From the NCBI GenBank assembly GCA_001662655.1, contig KV460224.1: a stretch of 37,612 nt of DNA. One strand, 5' to 3'. A program made the position numbers and the translations under genes. The stretch comes from Pseudogymnoascus verrucosus (lineage: Eukaryota). Of the stretch, positions 1 to 10,760 are shown in pieces (the stretch's first letter is position 1; every line of letters starts with the position of its first letter). A model generated the notes under the pieces. That model ran no database searches, was not told the origin of the DNA, and saw nothing but the letters and a program-made list of their open reading frames with translations.

Positions 1-1377
1 CCCCCTGACATACACGTTGACAATGTTTCTGTCGTCAGCCGTCATCATGAATTTTTCAAACACTGTTTTCATCCCGTCCCCAGCCTCTATCCCAGTGCTG
101 GCTAAATTGAGTTTGTCTCCATCCACCGATGCCATCTGGACGTGCAACGCATCGAAGAGCTTGCCAATAGCGAAGTTACCAGACTCCTGCTCTATGCCAC
201 ATACTCGCGCCCCTCCTAGTGTTGCCAAGTAGAAGCACTCTTCGAGGGAGAGGCTCTTGTCTTCGCCCTTGGTCATCATCTCCCTCGCGTTCGACACTAT
301 GAACGCCTGCCGCATAGCGTCCAAGATGGAGCTTGAGAAACCACCGCCGCTATCGGTCCCAAGTCCGACCTTGATATCTCGGCGCAGGAACTCGCGGATC
401 GGAGCTGCCATGAAGCCTCCACCCACCGTGGTGTTGGCGATGGGACAATGAGCGACTCCACAGTCCAGGGCCTTGAGGCGCTCCATCTCGTAAGGCGTCA
501 TATGGCAGCAGTGTGCGAGGACGCTGCGGTTCGTGAGTAATCCGAAGTGGGCATATAGGTCTGCTTCATTGTCAAACTCGGGGAATAGCGTGAGTGTCGC
601 TGCGATCTCAGACTCGGCTTCGTTAAAATGTGTCTGAATGGGAAGACCTGCGTTCTCTGCCGCTATCTTGCCGAGCCCCTTGAGAAGCTCTCGCGTGCAG
701 GAGATGGCAAAACGGGGGGTGATAATGGGCGTAATCTGCGAAAAGGTTGGATCGCGGCTGCGGACGTGGGAGATGAAGTCCTCTGTCACTCTGAGCGACT
801 CCTCGGCGCTGGCGTCGGTGTAGTAGGCTGGGCTATTCTTGTCCATGTTGCACTTCCCAATGAACGCGCGCTGGCCCTTCGCCAGACATATATCCGCTAG
901 GATTTTCGTGGCTTCGCCGTGCAGTGATCCGTAGTAGCATGATGTGGTGATTCCCTGTTTGATGGACCCGTTGATACACGACTCATACACCTTTCTGGCA
1001 TAATCCTTGTCCTCAAATTTGGCTTCATTTGGAAATGTAACTGTGTCTAGCCACTCTAGAATCTGAAGACCTCGCCCAAGGCCTCTTTGGGCCCACTGAG
1101 GCGCATGGTTGTGCGTATCGACAAATCCGGGGATCATGAAACCAGGATTGATCTTATCCCTCGATATTACCGATATACGGTACTCGCCGGCTAGAATGTT
1201 AAGGCCGTCGAGAGCCGTCCGGGTTTCCTCCACCGGGATGTTATGAAGGAAGTGCACAATGCGCCCGTCAGGGCCTACCACGAGCATACCATCGTGAACA
1301 ATCTCAATAGAACCTGGCGACGTCGAATGTATGAACGTGCCATGAAACACCTGATAAATTCCCGTTCGATCAGACAT
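1..1377 (-). CDS. GUD1: Guanine deaminase (amidohydrolase superfamily); 3' end lies outside the window
   Basis: My translation from ATG at 1377 is open to base 1 (MSDRTGIYQVFHGTFIHST...NIVNVYVRG). It contains the metal-binding motifs PGFVDTHNHAPQ, ITPRFAISC, IQTHFNE, LAHC and VGLGTDSGGG. It is missing from the ORF track because there is no stop codon in the window. No intron is needed. Confidence 0.9.
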   Translation of the reverse strand, partial: MSDRTGIYQVFHGTFIHSTSPGSIEIVHDGMLVVGPDGRIVHFLHNIPVEETRTALDGLNILAGEYRISVISRDKINPGFMIPGFVDTHNHAPQWAQRGLGRGLQILEWLDTVTFPNEAKFEDKDYARKVYESCINGSIKQGITTSCYYGSLHGEATKILADICLAKGQRAFIGKCNMDKNSPAYYTDASAEESLRVTEDFISHVRSRDPTFSQITPIITPRFAISCTRELLKGLGKIAAENAGLPIQTHFNEAESEIAATLTLFPEFDNEADLYAHFGLLTNRSVLAHCCHMTPYEMERLKALDCGVAHCPIANTTVGGGFMAAPIREFLRRDIKVGLGTDSGGGFSSSILDAMRQAFIVSNAREMMTKGEDKSLSLEECFYLATLGGARVCGIEQESGNFAIGKLFDALHVQMASVDGDKLNLASTGIEAGDGMKTVFEKFMMTADDRNIVNVYVRG

Positions 1378-1630
1378 AGTGGCAGATGTTGTTGATGTTG
1401 ATGTCGGCAACTATATTGGTTAGTTGTGCTGGCGTGGTGAGGTTGTTGGTTGGTAATGTCGAGTGCTGATGCATCTGCATCCAACCTGGACAGACCAAAG
1501 ATCTAAACCTTGTTAACAACTGCGTACATGCCTCAGACGGAATAATACATCATGCCACAACACCAGAAATTCGTTAGGTGTTTATTCATACACTATAAAT
1601 ACATATAAGTTTATATAAAATACATAATTA

Positions 1631-4600
1631 TCATCCTTGTGTTGTTCCCAGTATTTTCTTCTCCAATTCGTCCTCCGTCCTGCGCATCGTTTGGATCGCG
1701 TTCAGGGTCAACGGACAATGTTGGTCTACATATTTCAGTACATGGTAAGCCTGTCCAGCTGCTGAATATGAGCCCTCCATATCCAGGTAGGCCCTCGATA
1801 ACATAAGAATGGTATGGTAGATGGGGCGGAGATAAGTTGGATCTCTCTTTCGGGCGCGGTCCTTGAGCGACAAGCGGTTCCGGCGTGGCTCTACTTGACG
1901 AATCATTGCCCATCCAAGCCACCCCGGCATGAGACGTTTCTCGCATACGCCGAATGCTTCCTGGTACTTGTATGCCTTGGTAAGGGCTTGGACGTACAGG
2001 TTCCAGTTGTTGGAGTCCAGTTCGAACCCGAAAGCTCGAATATCGGCAATCGTCTCTTTCAGCTGGGTCAGCTTGTCCTGCGCTGCTAGCGATTTGATTA
2101 GAGTTGACAGAGGGCGGCAGAGCGAAAGGCGATGTGAATATAATAGCACATTGTTCCCCGATATTGGCTTCCCTCTTTCCTTGGCACGCATCAAAGCAAA
2201 CTCCCACGCTTCTTGCACACCGTCATGGTCATTTTCCTTCAACCTAGATACCATCAAAGCGTTCAATATCCGGATAGGAGGCTGAGATCGACGGTCTTCA
2301 GGTAGCCGCTGCAAAAAATTATCGTAAAGCTGCTTAACCCGATCGAATGCTTTGTGTTGGCCACAGACGAACATGTAGAAGTCAAAGTATGCCGCTGAGT
2401 ATGCAACATCAAGCGGCTCATAACCCATACCTTTCCTTGGGTTGCTTGCTAGTTCTTGCCTGTCGGCATTCATCAAGAACTGGAAGAAATAATCTTCTGC
2501 CTTTGCGAAGTCCGTGTCGGCATCGCCCGATTGTATGCGGCGTGAATCATCCATGACGGCGGCCTTAAGGGTCTGGATGTTGGAAGACACGGCTGGCTTG
2601 AGGCCTTCGGGCCGGCTTAGCATATGGTCTCTGACGTGAAATACCATGTCCAGCTCTTTCGTAGCAATAAAACCACCCATAACAACCGCATAATGAAACT
2701 CGGTGGCTTGTATACCGGCTTCAGGCATCACGTCGGTCAAGATCTTCCAAGCGCGACTCGGCTGCCCTGCAACAGCCAAAGCCTGCATCAGTGCAGAGTA
2801 GGTGTAAGTGTCGGGTGAGACGTTTGAAGATTCCATGATCCGGTGTACCCGAGAAACGTTCTCAAGATCACGCCCCATGGCATAGGCAACCAGCAAGTAG
2901 TTCCACATTCTTGTTTTTGGACCATCCAGTGCCATAGTCAGTGCTTTCATGCATGTCTCTTCGGCTTTATTAATGTTGCCATTCTGGATATCTCCAAGGA
3001 CCAAGCAATCAACCATGGCGGTATTCGGACGGATTCCCAAGCTTGCAGCTGAATTGTAGAGTTCACGCGCTGCCATAGCGTCGCCACGCTGTGTGCAGAT
3101 TCCCATCATCGTTCCAATCGTGATCTTATCGGGGTGAACATCAGAATCAAGCAGCTTATTATAATGCTCGAAAGCCTTGTCAACAGCATGAGCTTTCCCA
3201 TAAGCGTTCAAAAGAATGTTCGAATGCTTGATGTTCGGAACGACGTTATAGTCGGACTCGATGCTTTCAAAAATGTTGACGACTTCATCCACCTCTCCCC
3301 GCTTGGCATGCACATGCATTAAAGGTAGAAGATCGTCTGCGTTTCGAATCTGCCCGTACGTTTGCCGTTCCAGGTATTTCTTCCACAATCCTTTGACAGC
3401 CTCGATATTTCCTTGCGAGGCAAATGCCGTCATTACCATCCTGTAGGCAGGAGAAGATGGCTTATCGAAATGTCGTACCCAATCCTCCAGAATTTGATGC
3501 ATCCCCATGTTGCTCTTATATTTACAGAAAATCTTCAGGATAGCGTCGAGGATATGCGTCGTGGGTATGCCATCTGTCTGCCGGAATTTCCGGTACAGGC
3601 GAACAGCCATCTTCGTGCGGTCCATCTTCAAAAGCTTGAGTATCGTGTTTTGGTAAATTGACTCCGTGGCTAATCCCAGCCTTTCAAGCCGAGAAAAAAC
3701 GGACAGGAAGTTTGCTTCCGAGAAGTCGTCCTGTGGAAAAAGAGCTATTGACAGCGCTTCGGTGATGAAAGTAACTTTATCAACTGGCAATTCCCGAGAG
3801 ATATCCAAATCAGGTGTATCAGACAAATGACCGGTTAAGCCTGACACCATCTGCAGCACCTTCTCGTTGAGATTCGGCAAATAAACCACACGTGCCCATA
3901 TATCCTGACCATTTCTGGGGCTTGCGGTCCCCAGGTCCTTGACAGATTTCCAAGCATCAAATGCCATGTGCCATCGACCGTATTGAATGAGCAGGCCAAG
4001 TAGCCTATCCGACGACGTTGGTTTTCGGAAGGTAGCTAGAGATTCCGAATGCACATTGGCGGCATCTTCATAGTTTCGTAGAACCACATGGGCATTTACC
4101 AATGCTTCGTAACTGCTGTGGCCGGCTTGGTCTCTGATGGTATCGAAAACCGAAACTATACGGTCCGCATCGATCGGTCGATTTGAGGTGATGAGATAGC
4201 TGAGAAGCTGTGGCGCAAGCGCTAGCTTGTTGTCGGAGTTCAGCTGCCCAAATTTCCTCCAGGCTTCTTCATAATCGTTCGTGCGCGCCGATTCGCTTAT
4301 TAACTGTAGAAAAGCCGATGTTTGTCCAGTCCCATCGCTCTTCAAATGCTGCACCTCCCAATCAACACGGTGTTCCATTGACCTGACTTCATATTGACTT
4401 CCAACTTCCTCGGCGCGCCTCGACATCATCACAGAACCATCACCCGCTGCCGATGTATAGAGTCTCTGCCCAATCCTGCCAAGGCCCCTTGGCCTCCTGA
4501 ACTCGGTCCTATCCGGCGTCCACGGCGAGTATTGTCGGATGAGATTCAAGGCGCCAGATGGATAGAGAAAATCGAGCATCATTCCTCCAGAATGATCGTG

Positions 4601-4798
4601 TTCGTTCGTTTCTATCGGTCTGTCGTTGTGTGCAGTTCCCTGGATTAACACCTGCCATAAAGGAGAGAGCTCCAGTTCCATCGCACCATGGTTCCAGAAC
4701 GCAGAATGCAGCATCCGGCGACTCTTCATCGATTTAGACCCGGGCACGAATCGTCGCACGCTGCCGAGTTCGAGACATCCCGCCGTACGCTCCAGCAT
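1631..4798 (-). CDS. cya5: Mitochondrial pentatricopeptide-repeat (PPR) protein, Cya5/Pet309-like COX1 translational regulator
   Basis: Single long ORF with tandem PPR-like repeats (e.g. PNIKHSNILLNAYGK, PDKITIGTMMGIC, PDTYTYSALMQALA, ATEFHYAVVMGGF). Likely start is MLERTAGCLE at ATG 4798, an N-terminus I recognise from fungal Cya5 homologues; the ORF track start of 4831 is a non-ATG extension. Confidence 0.85.
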   Translation of the reverse strand: MLERTAGCLELGSVRRFVPGSKSMKSRRMLHSAFWNHGAMELELSPLWQVLIQGTAHNDRPIETNEHDHSGGMMLDFLYPSGALNLIRQYSPWTPDRTEFRRPRGLGRIGQRLYTSAAGDGSVMMSRRAEEVGSQYEVRSMEHRVDWEVQHLKSDGTGQTSAFLQLISESARTNDYEEAWRKFGQLNSDNKLALAPQLLSYLITSNRPIDADRIVSVFDTIRDQAGHSSYEALVNAHVVLRNYEDAANVHSESLATFRKPTSSDRLLGLLIQYGRWHMAFDAWKSVKDLGTASPRNGQDIWARVVYLPNLNEKVLQMVSGLTGHLSDTPDLDISRELPVDKVTFITEALSIALFPQDDFSEANFLSVFSRLERLGLATESIYQNTILKLLKMDRTKMAVRLYRKFRQTDGIPTTHILDAILKIFCKYKSNMGMHQILEDWVRHFDKPSSPAYRMVMTAFASQGNIEAVKGLWKKYLERQTYGQIRNADDLLPLMHVHAKRGEVDEVVNIFESIESDYNVVPNIKHSNILLNAYGKAHAVDKAFEHYNKLLDSDVHPDKITIGTMMGICTQRGDAMAARELYNSAASLGIRPNTAMVDCLVLGDIQNGNINKAEETCMKALTMALDGPKTRMWNYLLVAYAMGRDLENVSRVHRIMESSNVSPDTYTYSALMQALAVAGQPSRAWKILTDVMPEAGIQATEFHYAVVMGGFIATKELDMVFHVRDHMLSRPEGLKPAVSSNIQTLKAAVMDDSRRIQSGDADTDFAKAEDYFFQFLMNADRQELASNPRKGMGYEPLDVAYSAAYFDFYMFVCGQHKAFDRVKQLYDNFLQRLPEDRRSQPPIRILNALMVSRLKENDHDGVQEAWEFALMRAKERGKPISGNNVLLYSHRLSLCRPLSTLIKSLAAQDKLTQLKETIADIRAFGFELDSNNWNLYVQALTKAYKYQEAFGVCEKRLMPGWLGWAMIRQVEPRRNRLSLKDRARKRDPTYLRPIYHTILMLSRAYLDMEGSYSAAGQAYHVLKYVDQHCPLTLNAIQTMRRTEDELEKKILGTTQG

Positions 4799-5337
4799 GC
4801 CCCAAGCCCAACAGTGTATCGTGCCGCGCACTGGAGACCTCGTCGAAATAGTCTATAATACAAGAGAACACGTCAAACTAAAATCTAGCAGTATCCATTA
4901 GCAGGGTTCCATGATCACAGTGCGCGTCAGCTTACACAATAACATGCTTCTCGGCTTTAAACAAAGTTCTGCATGCCGCGGAGCTCGGTCGTCGTGCGTT
5001 TTCGAAGCTCGTCGAGGCCGCTAAGGGACTAAATGCGAATACAGAGCAACAAATCGAGCGACAGTAAGATAGTGGGTGATATTTGATACAGTGCGGGAGC
5101 GTAACAATGGGTTTGGCCCGACTGCGTTGAGGATATCGAGAAATAACCGTCAAATGAACGATTCTTGAATGTTTTAGCACTCCTCGGCGACAAGGGAACG
5201 GAATTATTATTTTGCCGATTGACCCATCCAGACCACCCCAGGCGAAGCTGTCTAGCTGCTTATGTAAGCTTGATATTCCCACCAAGAAACCTCACCTGTC
5301 AACCCCGCCATGTGGCCTCGAAGAAGTAAACAGAACC

Positions 5338-7296
5338 ATGGACATAACTAAATTCATCGTCACCGGACGCGATGAGGCGCTTCTTTACGGTGATTACAGC
5401 ACTTACCGCGCCCAATTATCAAGAAAACTGCTCTCAGCACGCAAGAAATTGGGGCTAGCGACGAGAAAGGGAGCCAAATATGCGAAACGGCCAGCTGTGG
5501 CAGCGGAAGATATTGCCAGGAACCATGAGTATGTGCAGTTGAATAATTGGAAGTTTTTTTAACTAACTTTGGCAGGTATCTTCGTATCCAGCTCCTCACG
5601 TCGGAGCGTGCCTGGGCTCATGCGATGTACATGAAGTCCGCTCATTCTTCCGACGCCAAAGGTATCACAGGCGCCGCTCGATCTCACATTATTTCGCGAC
5701 TTCACAAGGCTTATAAAGTTCAAGAGGGTGTGTTGGAGGCTCTGTCAGATCGATCGGTGTCTGGCGCGACGGAAACGGATCTTCTTGAGGCACGCGCATA
5801 TGCCACGTCTCTTGCTGGCGCCGAGCAATTCGAGAAGCAAAGCTGGCAAGCTTGCGTCACGGATTACTCTATTGTCTGGGCTATATATACCGCCCTCACT
5901 ACATCTACGAAAAGCGACATATTTAAGGACCTGGTTACATCTACCGTTGAGCCGAGCATACGTTATGGGGCATATCAGTTGAAGCTTGCTCGAACGATGG
6001 CAATCCCGGTAATTGTGCGGAAATTCTTCCCCATGGATGATCAACCCCTTGTCAAGGCGGTGGAGAAACTGGATCCCACGATCTTGAAGGATACGTCAAA
6101 GCCTAAGCCAGAGCTGGCTGAGAGTGATGCAGCGTCAAGGACGATCACCTGGAGGTCACGGACAGTGGACTTGGAAGACGCATCAATTGCCGTAGCCCTA
6201 TCAGCAGTTACGACAGCAGCGAAGCATCTGAGCGAGACACTATCTTCGACCTCTACTTCACACCCTAGAGAGCGCGCATCGGCGTATGACGACATCCTCA
6301 TTGCGAGCCAGGATGCGGTTGATGCAACAAAACACTCCATCGACGAGTTGGTCGCGGAAGGCATCTCACAGGGCGATAAACGGATACAGAGCCTCCAGAT
6401 CACCAGAACTGCCATTGGCTACGATTTGATCAGCTGGCGGATAGGCCGGAACCGAGTCCTCACGGGCGACCACGACGGCGCATTACCAGACAGCGCGCCA
6501 ATTGCAAAGTCTCGCAAGTCCAAACAGGCAGATGAGGTGACAGTCGACAAGGAGGAGGGCACTGGTCGCAAATTAGCAAAGTTACGAGAGCGAGTCGTAC
6601 TCTACGATTCAACTCTTCAGAGCTTGGATTCTATCAAGGAGTTACCCGGAGTGTCTTCCGACACAGAGTTCCTGGGAGAGCTAGAAGCCAAGTACAACTA
6701 CTTCCGCGCCCTGAAGTATGTCATCTTCACTTTTGTATAATTCCTATTGAGCAAAGCTGACTAATTTTTCTAGATGCCTCGCCATCGCCCGATCACACTC
6801 CGTTCTCTCCTCATATGTGGAAGCCCTTAGCCTTCTAGCCCGGGCAACCGCTCTTCTTACCCCATCCCTGCCCCACCTCTCCGCCGCAGCAGCACCCTCA
6901 CCCACCGCTCCCCCAAATCTCGCAATCTCCCCTGCATCGGTATCCTTCTTCGCATCGGTCTTAAACGCCGAGCTACAGCGCCACCGCGCACTCGTCGAAA
7001 TAACCACAGTCAGCGGTACTGTCGCCAAGCTGCCACCCTCTTTGCCATTGGTGGAGACGTTGGAGCACTATCCGACCAGCGGTGATGTTGATCTGAGCAA
7101 TCTGGTATCTTACCCGACGAAACTGGAGGCGGTGCCGGTGAAGCCATTGTTCTTCGACGTGGCGTGGAATTATATCGAGTATCCAGGGCGCAGCTCGCAG
7201 GCTACAGCACAGGTAGATGAGGAGGAGATACCTAGCTCGCGCGGAGAGGAGAAGCAGGAGGCGAAGAAGGGGTGGTTTGGGTTTGGAAGGTCTTGA
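5338..7296 (+). CDS. SRP68: Signal recognition particle subunit SRP68
   Basis: Exons 5338-5528, 5576-6715 and 6774-7296; introns GTATGT...CAG and GTATGT...TAG with CTAAC/CTAAT branch sites. Motifs: LLYGDYSTYR, SERAWAHAM, IISRLHKA, VEPSIRYGAY, ITWRSRTV, PVKPLFFDVAWNYIEYP and C-terminal GWFGFGR. Confidence 0.93.
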
Positions 7297-8702
7297 GGGA
7301 GAGTGGGGCGCAATCGTGAGGCGGGACGTGTTGGTTGTTGGATGTGGTGCATACAGTATAGTACAGATGATCATGCTGATGAAGACTACAACGAAATTAA
7401 TGGCCACATTTATGCCTCAGTGGTGTACCTGATATTATCCGTGTTTTTGTGCTGTTCCTGTTGAAGCTGGTGATTGATGACTGACTTTTGGGTTTGGTTA
7501 TTTCGGGATATTTTGGGATATGGTTTTATTTCCACTCTTCACAATAATATTTTACCGTTCAAAATTTAACGGGATTCTGTACGTACATCACAACAAATAT
7601 CATATAAAACCTCCAAGGCAGCAGCAATAAAGGACGATACAGATATAGAACCTTAATATCGCCAGCGCCCTTGTTGGCTAGTGAGGCGGGAGATTTTACG
7701 TATGTAACTTACATTTGTTGGTTCTAGGCGGCCATCACTGACTTCGTTCGGTAATCATCGCCTGCACAATTCACATGGTTGGTAAATCAACATTAACAAC
7801 ACAACTGGTAGCATGGTAATATATCAAGCATACGCGTAGGCTCTGCGTATTTTATTATACTTCACGCGGCGATGATGTTGGATATCCACTTCAACAACGA
7901 TTATACCCGCTTGAAGCGCATCAGCCAACTACAGTCAACGGGACGGAACGTCTCTGTGGCTGTGTCTTTCGCTTCATGCACTTCGCCATACAGAGCTCCC
8001 TGCCCGTCGCCGTTGGATCCTGCAAATCTCACCATCCATGTGGATTCCTTGCAACACCCGCATTCATTCATTCGCCTGCACACGGACTGGCCGCCTGTCC
8101 CTCTGCAGCCCGTCCTTCTCCAGCCCTATGAGATCCATCGCTGACTCTAGGAACCGCCAATTCGACGGGTCGCGGCTATGAGACCCTGTCAGCCTCGCCG
8201 CCGCTGTACCCAATCTATCCACCGGCGACCCCTTTCGGGCGTTTTTTATCAGGCGTCTGTAGCAGTCGAGATGGGATCATTGGACGAGGACATGTCTTGG
8301 TGCTGAGTCACCGTTCATCAGCTCACCGGGTTACAGATTATGCAAGCTCTTTGATCTAGTTGTATACACGAGGTACGAGTGACATGTTTCTGGTTGTTGC
8401 CTTGGAGCTGTGACAGAGATGCAAGTGCAAGCCTGCTCTTGTCTTTTTTGCTTGCGACGCGATCCTATCATCAGCCTGCTGGCTGGTAACGTGACAGCAG
8501 TTAGTATAAATACTCCCATCAGCTTTCCTTCATCCATTTTTTTTCCTTTCTTTCTTTTCACTTCATTCTTAAAGAGAAGTCCCTGATGAGCTATTTCTTA
8601 ATATTCCTTTGTTCTCTGTTGTCGCTCGTGTCTCTGTTGGTCGTGTGCTGCTCCGAATAGACGACTGAAGCCTGGGACAAACGACCCCGCCGATTATTCG
8701 TA

Positions 8703-10586
8703 ATGTCAATCCCTACAGCATTCGCAAACGCCTCTGGCGACGACAACCTCCTGCCTCCAGTGAATCAGCTCGCCATCCTCGATGTCTTCTTCCCCGGCTT
8801 CTCCACGGTCTCTGCTGGCCTGTCTAAATACCTGCAGATCGACATATCCTTTTACCTCCCTTTCATCGTCATCTGCGGCGTTGTTATCTACGCCTCAAAT
8901 TATGTCTCTGAGCACCTCTGGTCCAGTCTCCAACACTACCTGATGTCCACGGCCGATATCCGCATCGACGACGAGATGTACAATTACGTTATGGGATGGG
9001 TGACCCAGCAGAAGTTCTCGCAGGTCAATCGTCGGTTCATCGCGAGCACGAATGTAAACTCCCGCAGCTGGTTCATGTGGGTCGAGAGCCGCGATAATGA
9101 GCGTGAGGGAGAGGGGGTGGATGAAGTCGACGAGAACGGCATCCCAATAGAGAAGCGAAAGCACAGAAAATTGCAATATACACCCGGCCTCGGAACGCAC
9201 ATTTTCTGGTACAAGGGAAGGCTCATGGTATTTCGCCGCAATGCCCACGAACGAGCATATGGCCCTATCTCGGAGCGCGAGGAGATCTCGATCTCGAGCT
9301 TCGGGCGCGACCCGACTAAGCTGAAGGAGCTGCTGAACGAGTGCCGCAAATTATTCCTCGACTCCGATGAAGATAAGACTGTCATATTTCGCGGTGGGAA
9401 CAAGCCGGGAACCATGTCGGAGACAGCTTGGGTGCGCAGCACAGCGAGAGTGTCTCGGCCCATGTCAACGGTGGTTATGGACGAATCGGTCAAGACGGAT
9501 CTGCTGGAAGACATGCGAGACTACCTACACCCGCACACGCAACGCTGGTACTGGAATCGTGGAATCCCATATCGTCGGGGTTACTTGCTGTACGGAGCAC
9601 CAGGGACAGGCAAATCGTCTCTAAGTCTCGCGATCGCAGGATACTTCAAGCTGAAGATCTACATTGTCAGCCTCAACTCGCCGTCAATGAACGAAGAGAC
9701 TCTTGGGACGCTGTTCTCCGAGCTGCCGCAGCGTTGCGTCGTATTGCTTGAAGATATTGATACAGCTGGCTTAACGAACGCAAGGAATAGTGAAGCTTCT
9801 GAAGATGCAGCTGCAGCAATGGCGGTCAAGAAAGTACAGAAAGATCCTTCGCAGCCGCCCTCACTTGTCGCCGGAGCTCCGCCAGCAGGCCGGATCAGTC
9901 TCTCTGCTCTATTAAACGTGCTTGATGGTGTATCTAGCCAGGAGGGTCGTATTCTGATCATGACGACTAATCACATTGAGAAGCTGGATGACGCCCTTAT
10001 CAGGCCTGGCAGGGTGGACATGACAATTAAGTTCCAGCTATCCGATGCGGCGATGATGAGGAAACTGTTCACGAGTATTTTCACGAAGCTAGAAGGCGAC
10101 TTTCCACAGAAGAAGACCGCACTGCTCGATTCTCATGTGAATGGTGCTCTGCCTTTGAAGGGCGCTAACCTCCAAAATGGGCATGCAAAGTCAAGTGGTG
10201 TAGAAAAATACAATGCTGCCGATCAAAATATAGATGAGGATGAAGAGCGCCAAAAACTTGAGGCCAGAAAAATAGAAGCTCTTGCAGAGTCATTCACGCT
10301 GGCGATGCCAGAAGGCGTCTTCAGCCCGGCTGAGGTCCAGGGCTACCTGCTGAAGCACAAGAGAAGCCCCGAAATCGCCGCGCGGGAGGCGGCAAAGTGG
10401 GCTAAAGACATGATAGACGAGCGAAAGAGGAAGAAGGAAGAAGAGGAGCGCAAAACGAGGAAGAGGCTTGAAGACGCACAGGTTGCTGTCATGACTGCAC
10501 AGGCGGCAGCAGAAAAGAGGATAGAGGAGGCAGGAAAGAAGGGGGAGGACGATAAGAAGGATAGTGATGACACTGATGATACCTAA
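8703..10586 (+). CDS. BCS1-like mitochondrial AAA+ ATPase
   Basis: Intronless 627-aa ORF. BCS1 N-domain (YTPGLGTHIFWYKGR), WYWNRGIPYRRGYLLYG, Walker A GAPGTGKSS, Walker B LLEDID, LSALLNVLDGVSSQEGR and SRH TTNHIEKLDDALIRPGRVD, followed by a charged coiled-coil tail. Probably a BCS1-family paralogue rather than the orthologue (inference). Confidence 0.9.
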   Translation: MSIPTAFANASGDDNLLPPVNQLAILDVFFPGFSTVSAGLSKYLQIDISFYLPFIVICGVVIYASNYVSEHLWSSLQHYLMSTADIRIDDEMYNYVMGWVTQQKFSQVNRRFIASTNVNSRSWFMWVESRDNEREGEGVDEVDENGIPIEKRKHRKLQYTPGLGTHIFWYKGRLMVFRRNAHERAYGPISEREEISISSFGRDPTKLKELLNECRKLFLDSDEDKTVIFRGGNKPGTMSETAWVRSTARVSRPMSTVVMDESVKTDLLEDMRDYLHPHTQRWYWNRGIPYRRGYLLYGAPGTGKSSLSLAIAGYFKLKIYIVSLNSPSMNEETLGTLFSELPQRCVVLLEDIDTAGLTNARNSEASEDAAAAMAVKKVQKDPSQPPSLVAGAPPAGRISLSALLNVLDGVSSQEGRILIMTTNHIEKLDDALIRPGRVDMTIKFQLSDAAMMRKLFTSIFTKLEGDFPQKKTALLDSHVNGALPLKGANLQNGHAKSSGVEKYNAADQNIDEDEERQKLEARKIEALAESFTLAMPEGVFSPAEVQGYLLKHKRSPEIAAREAAKWAKDMIDERKRKKEEEERKTRKRLEDAQVAVMTAQAAAEKRIEEAGKKGEDDKKDSDDTDDT

Positions 10587-10760
10587 TGGTTTATGACTGA
10601 CATTGAAAAATATCCACGGCTACTACTAATAACTCAATCATCTCCCCATATTCTAGATGATATAATTTGTAGGGAAATAAGAAAGAAATATTATTTGGAT
10701 CGAGCTGTCTGATTGAAATCACGTGACCAAAGCCATCACAACAGCACCCGTGCACCTAAC

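Noticed and set aside
7872..8144. 90-aa ORF between SRP68 and BCS1
   Set aside because: No motifs, splice support or coding-like composition; probably intergenic.
8160..8250. GC hairpins followed by TTTTTT, resembling a bacterial terminator or Pol III RNA end
   Set aside because: Stems are short and imperfect, there are no A/B boxes or cloverleaf, and the context is eukaryotic.
8583..8668. CTGATGAG...CTGA upstream of BCS1 (hammerhead or C/D snoRNA-like)
   Set aside because: No stem II/GAAA core or terminal stem; it lies in a pyrimidine-rich 5' leader, so a chance match is likely.
10719..10726. TCACGTGA E-box before ALG10
   Set aside because: A single 8-mer with no supporting context; plausible bHLH site but unsupported.
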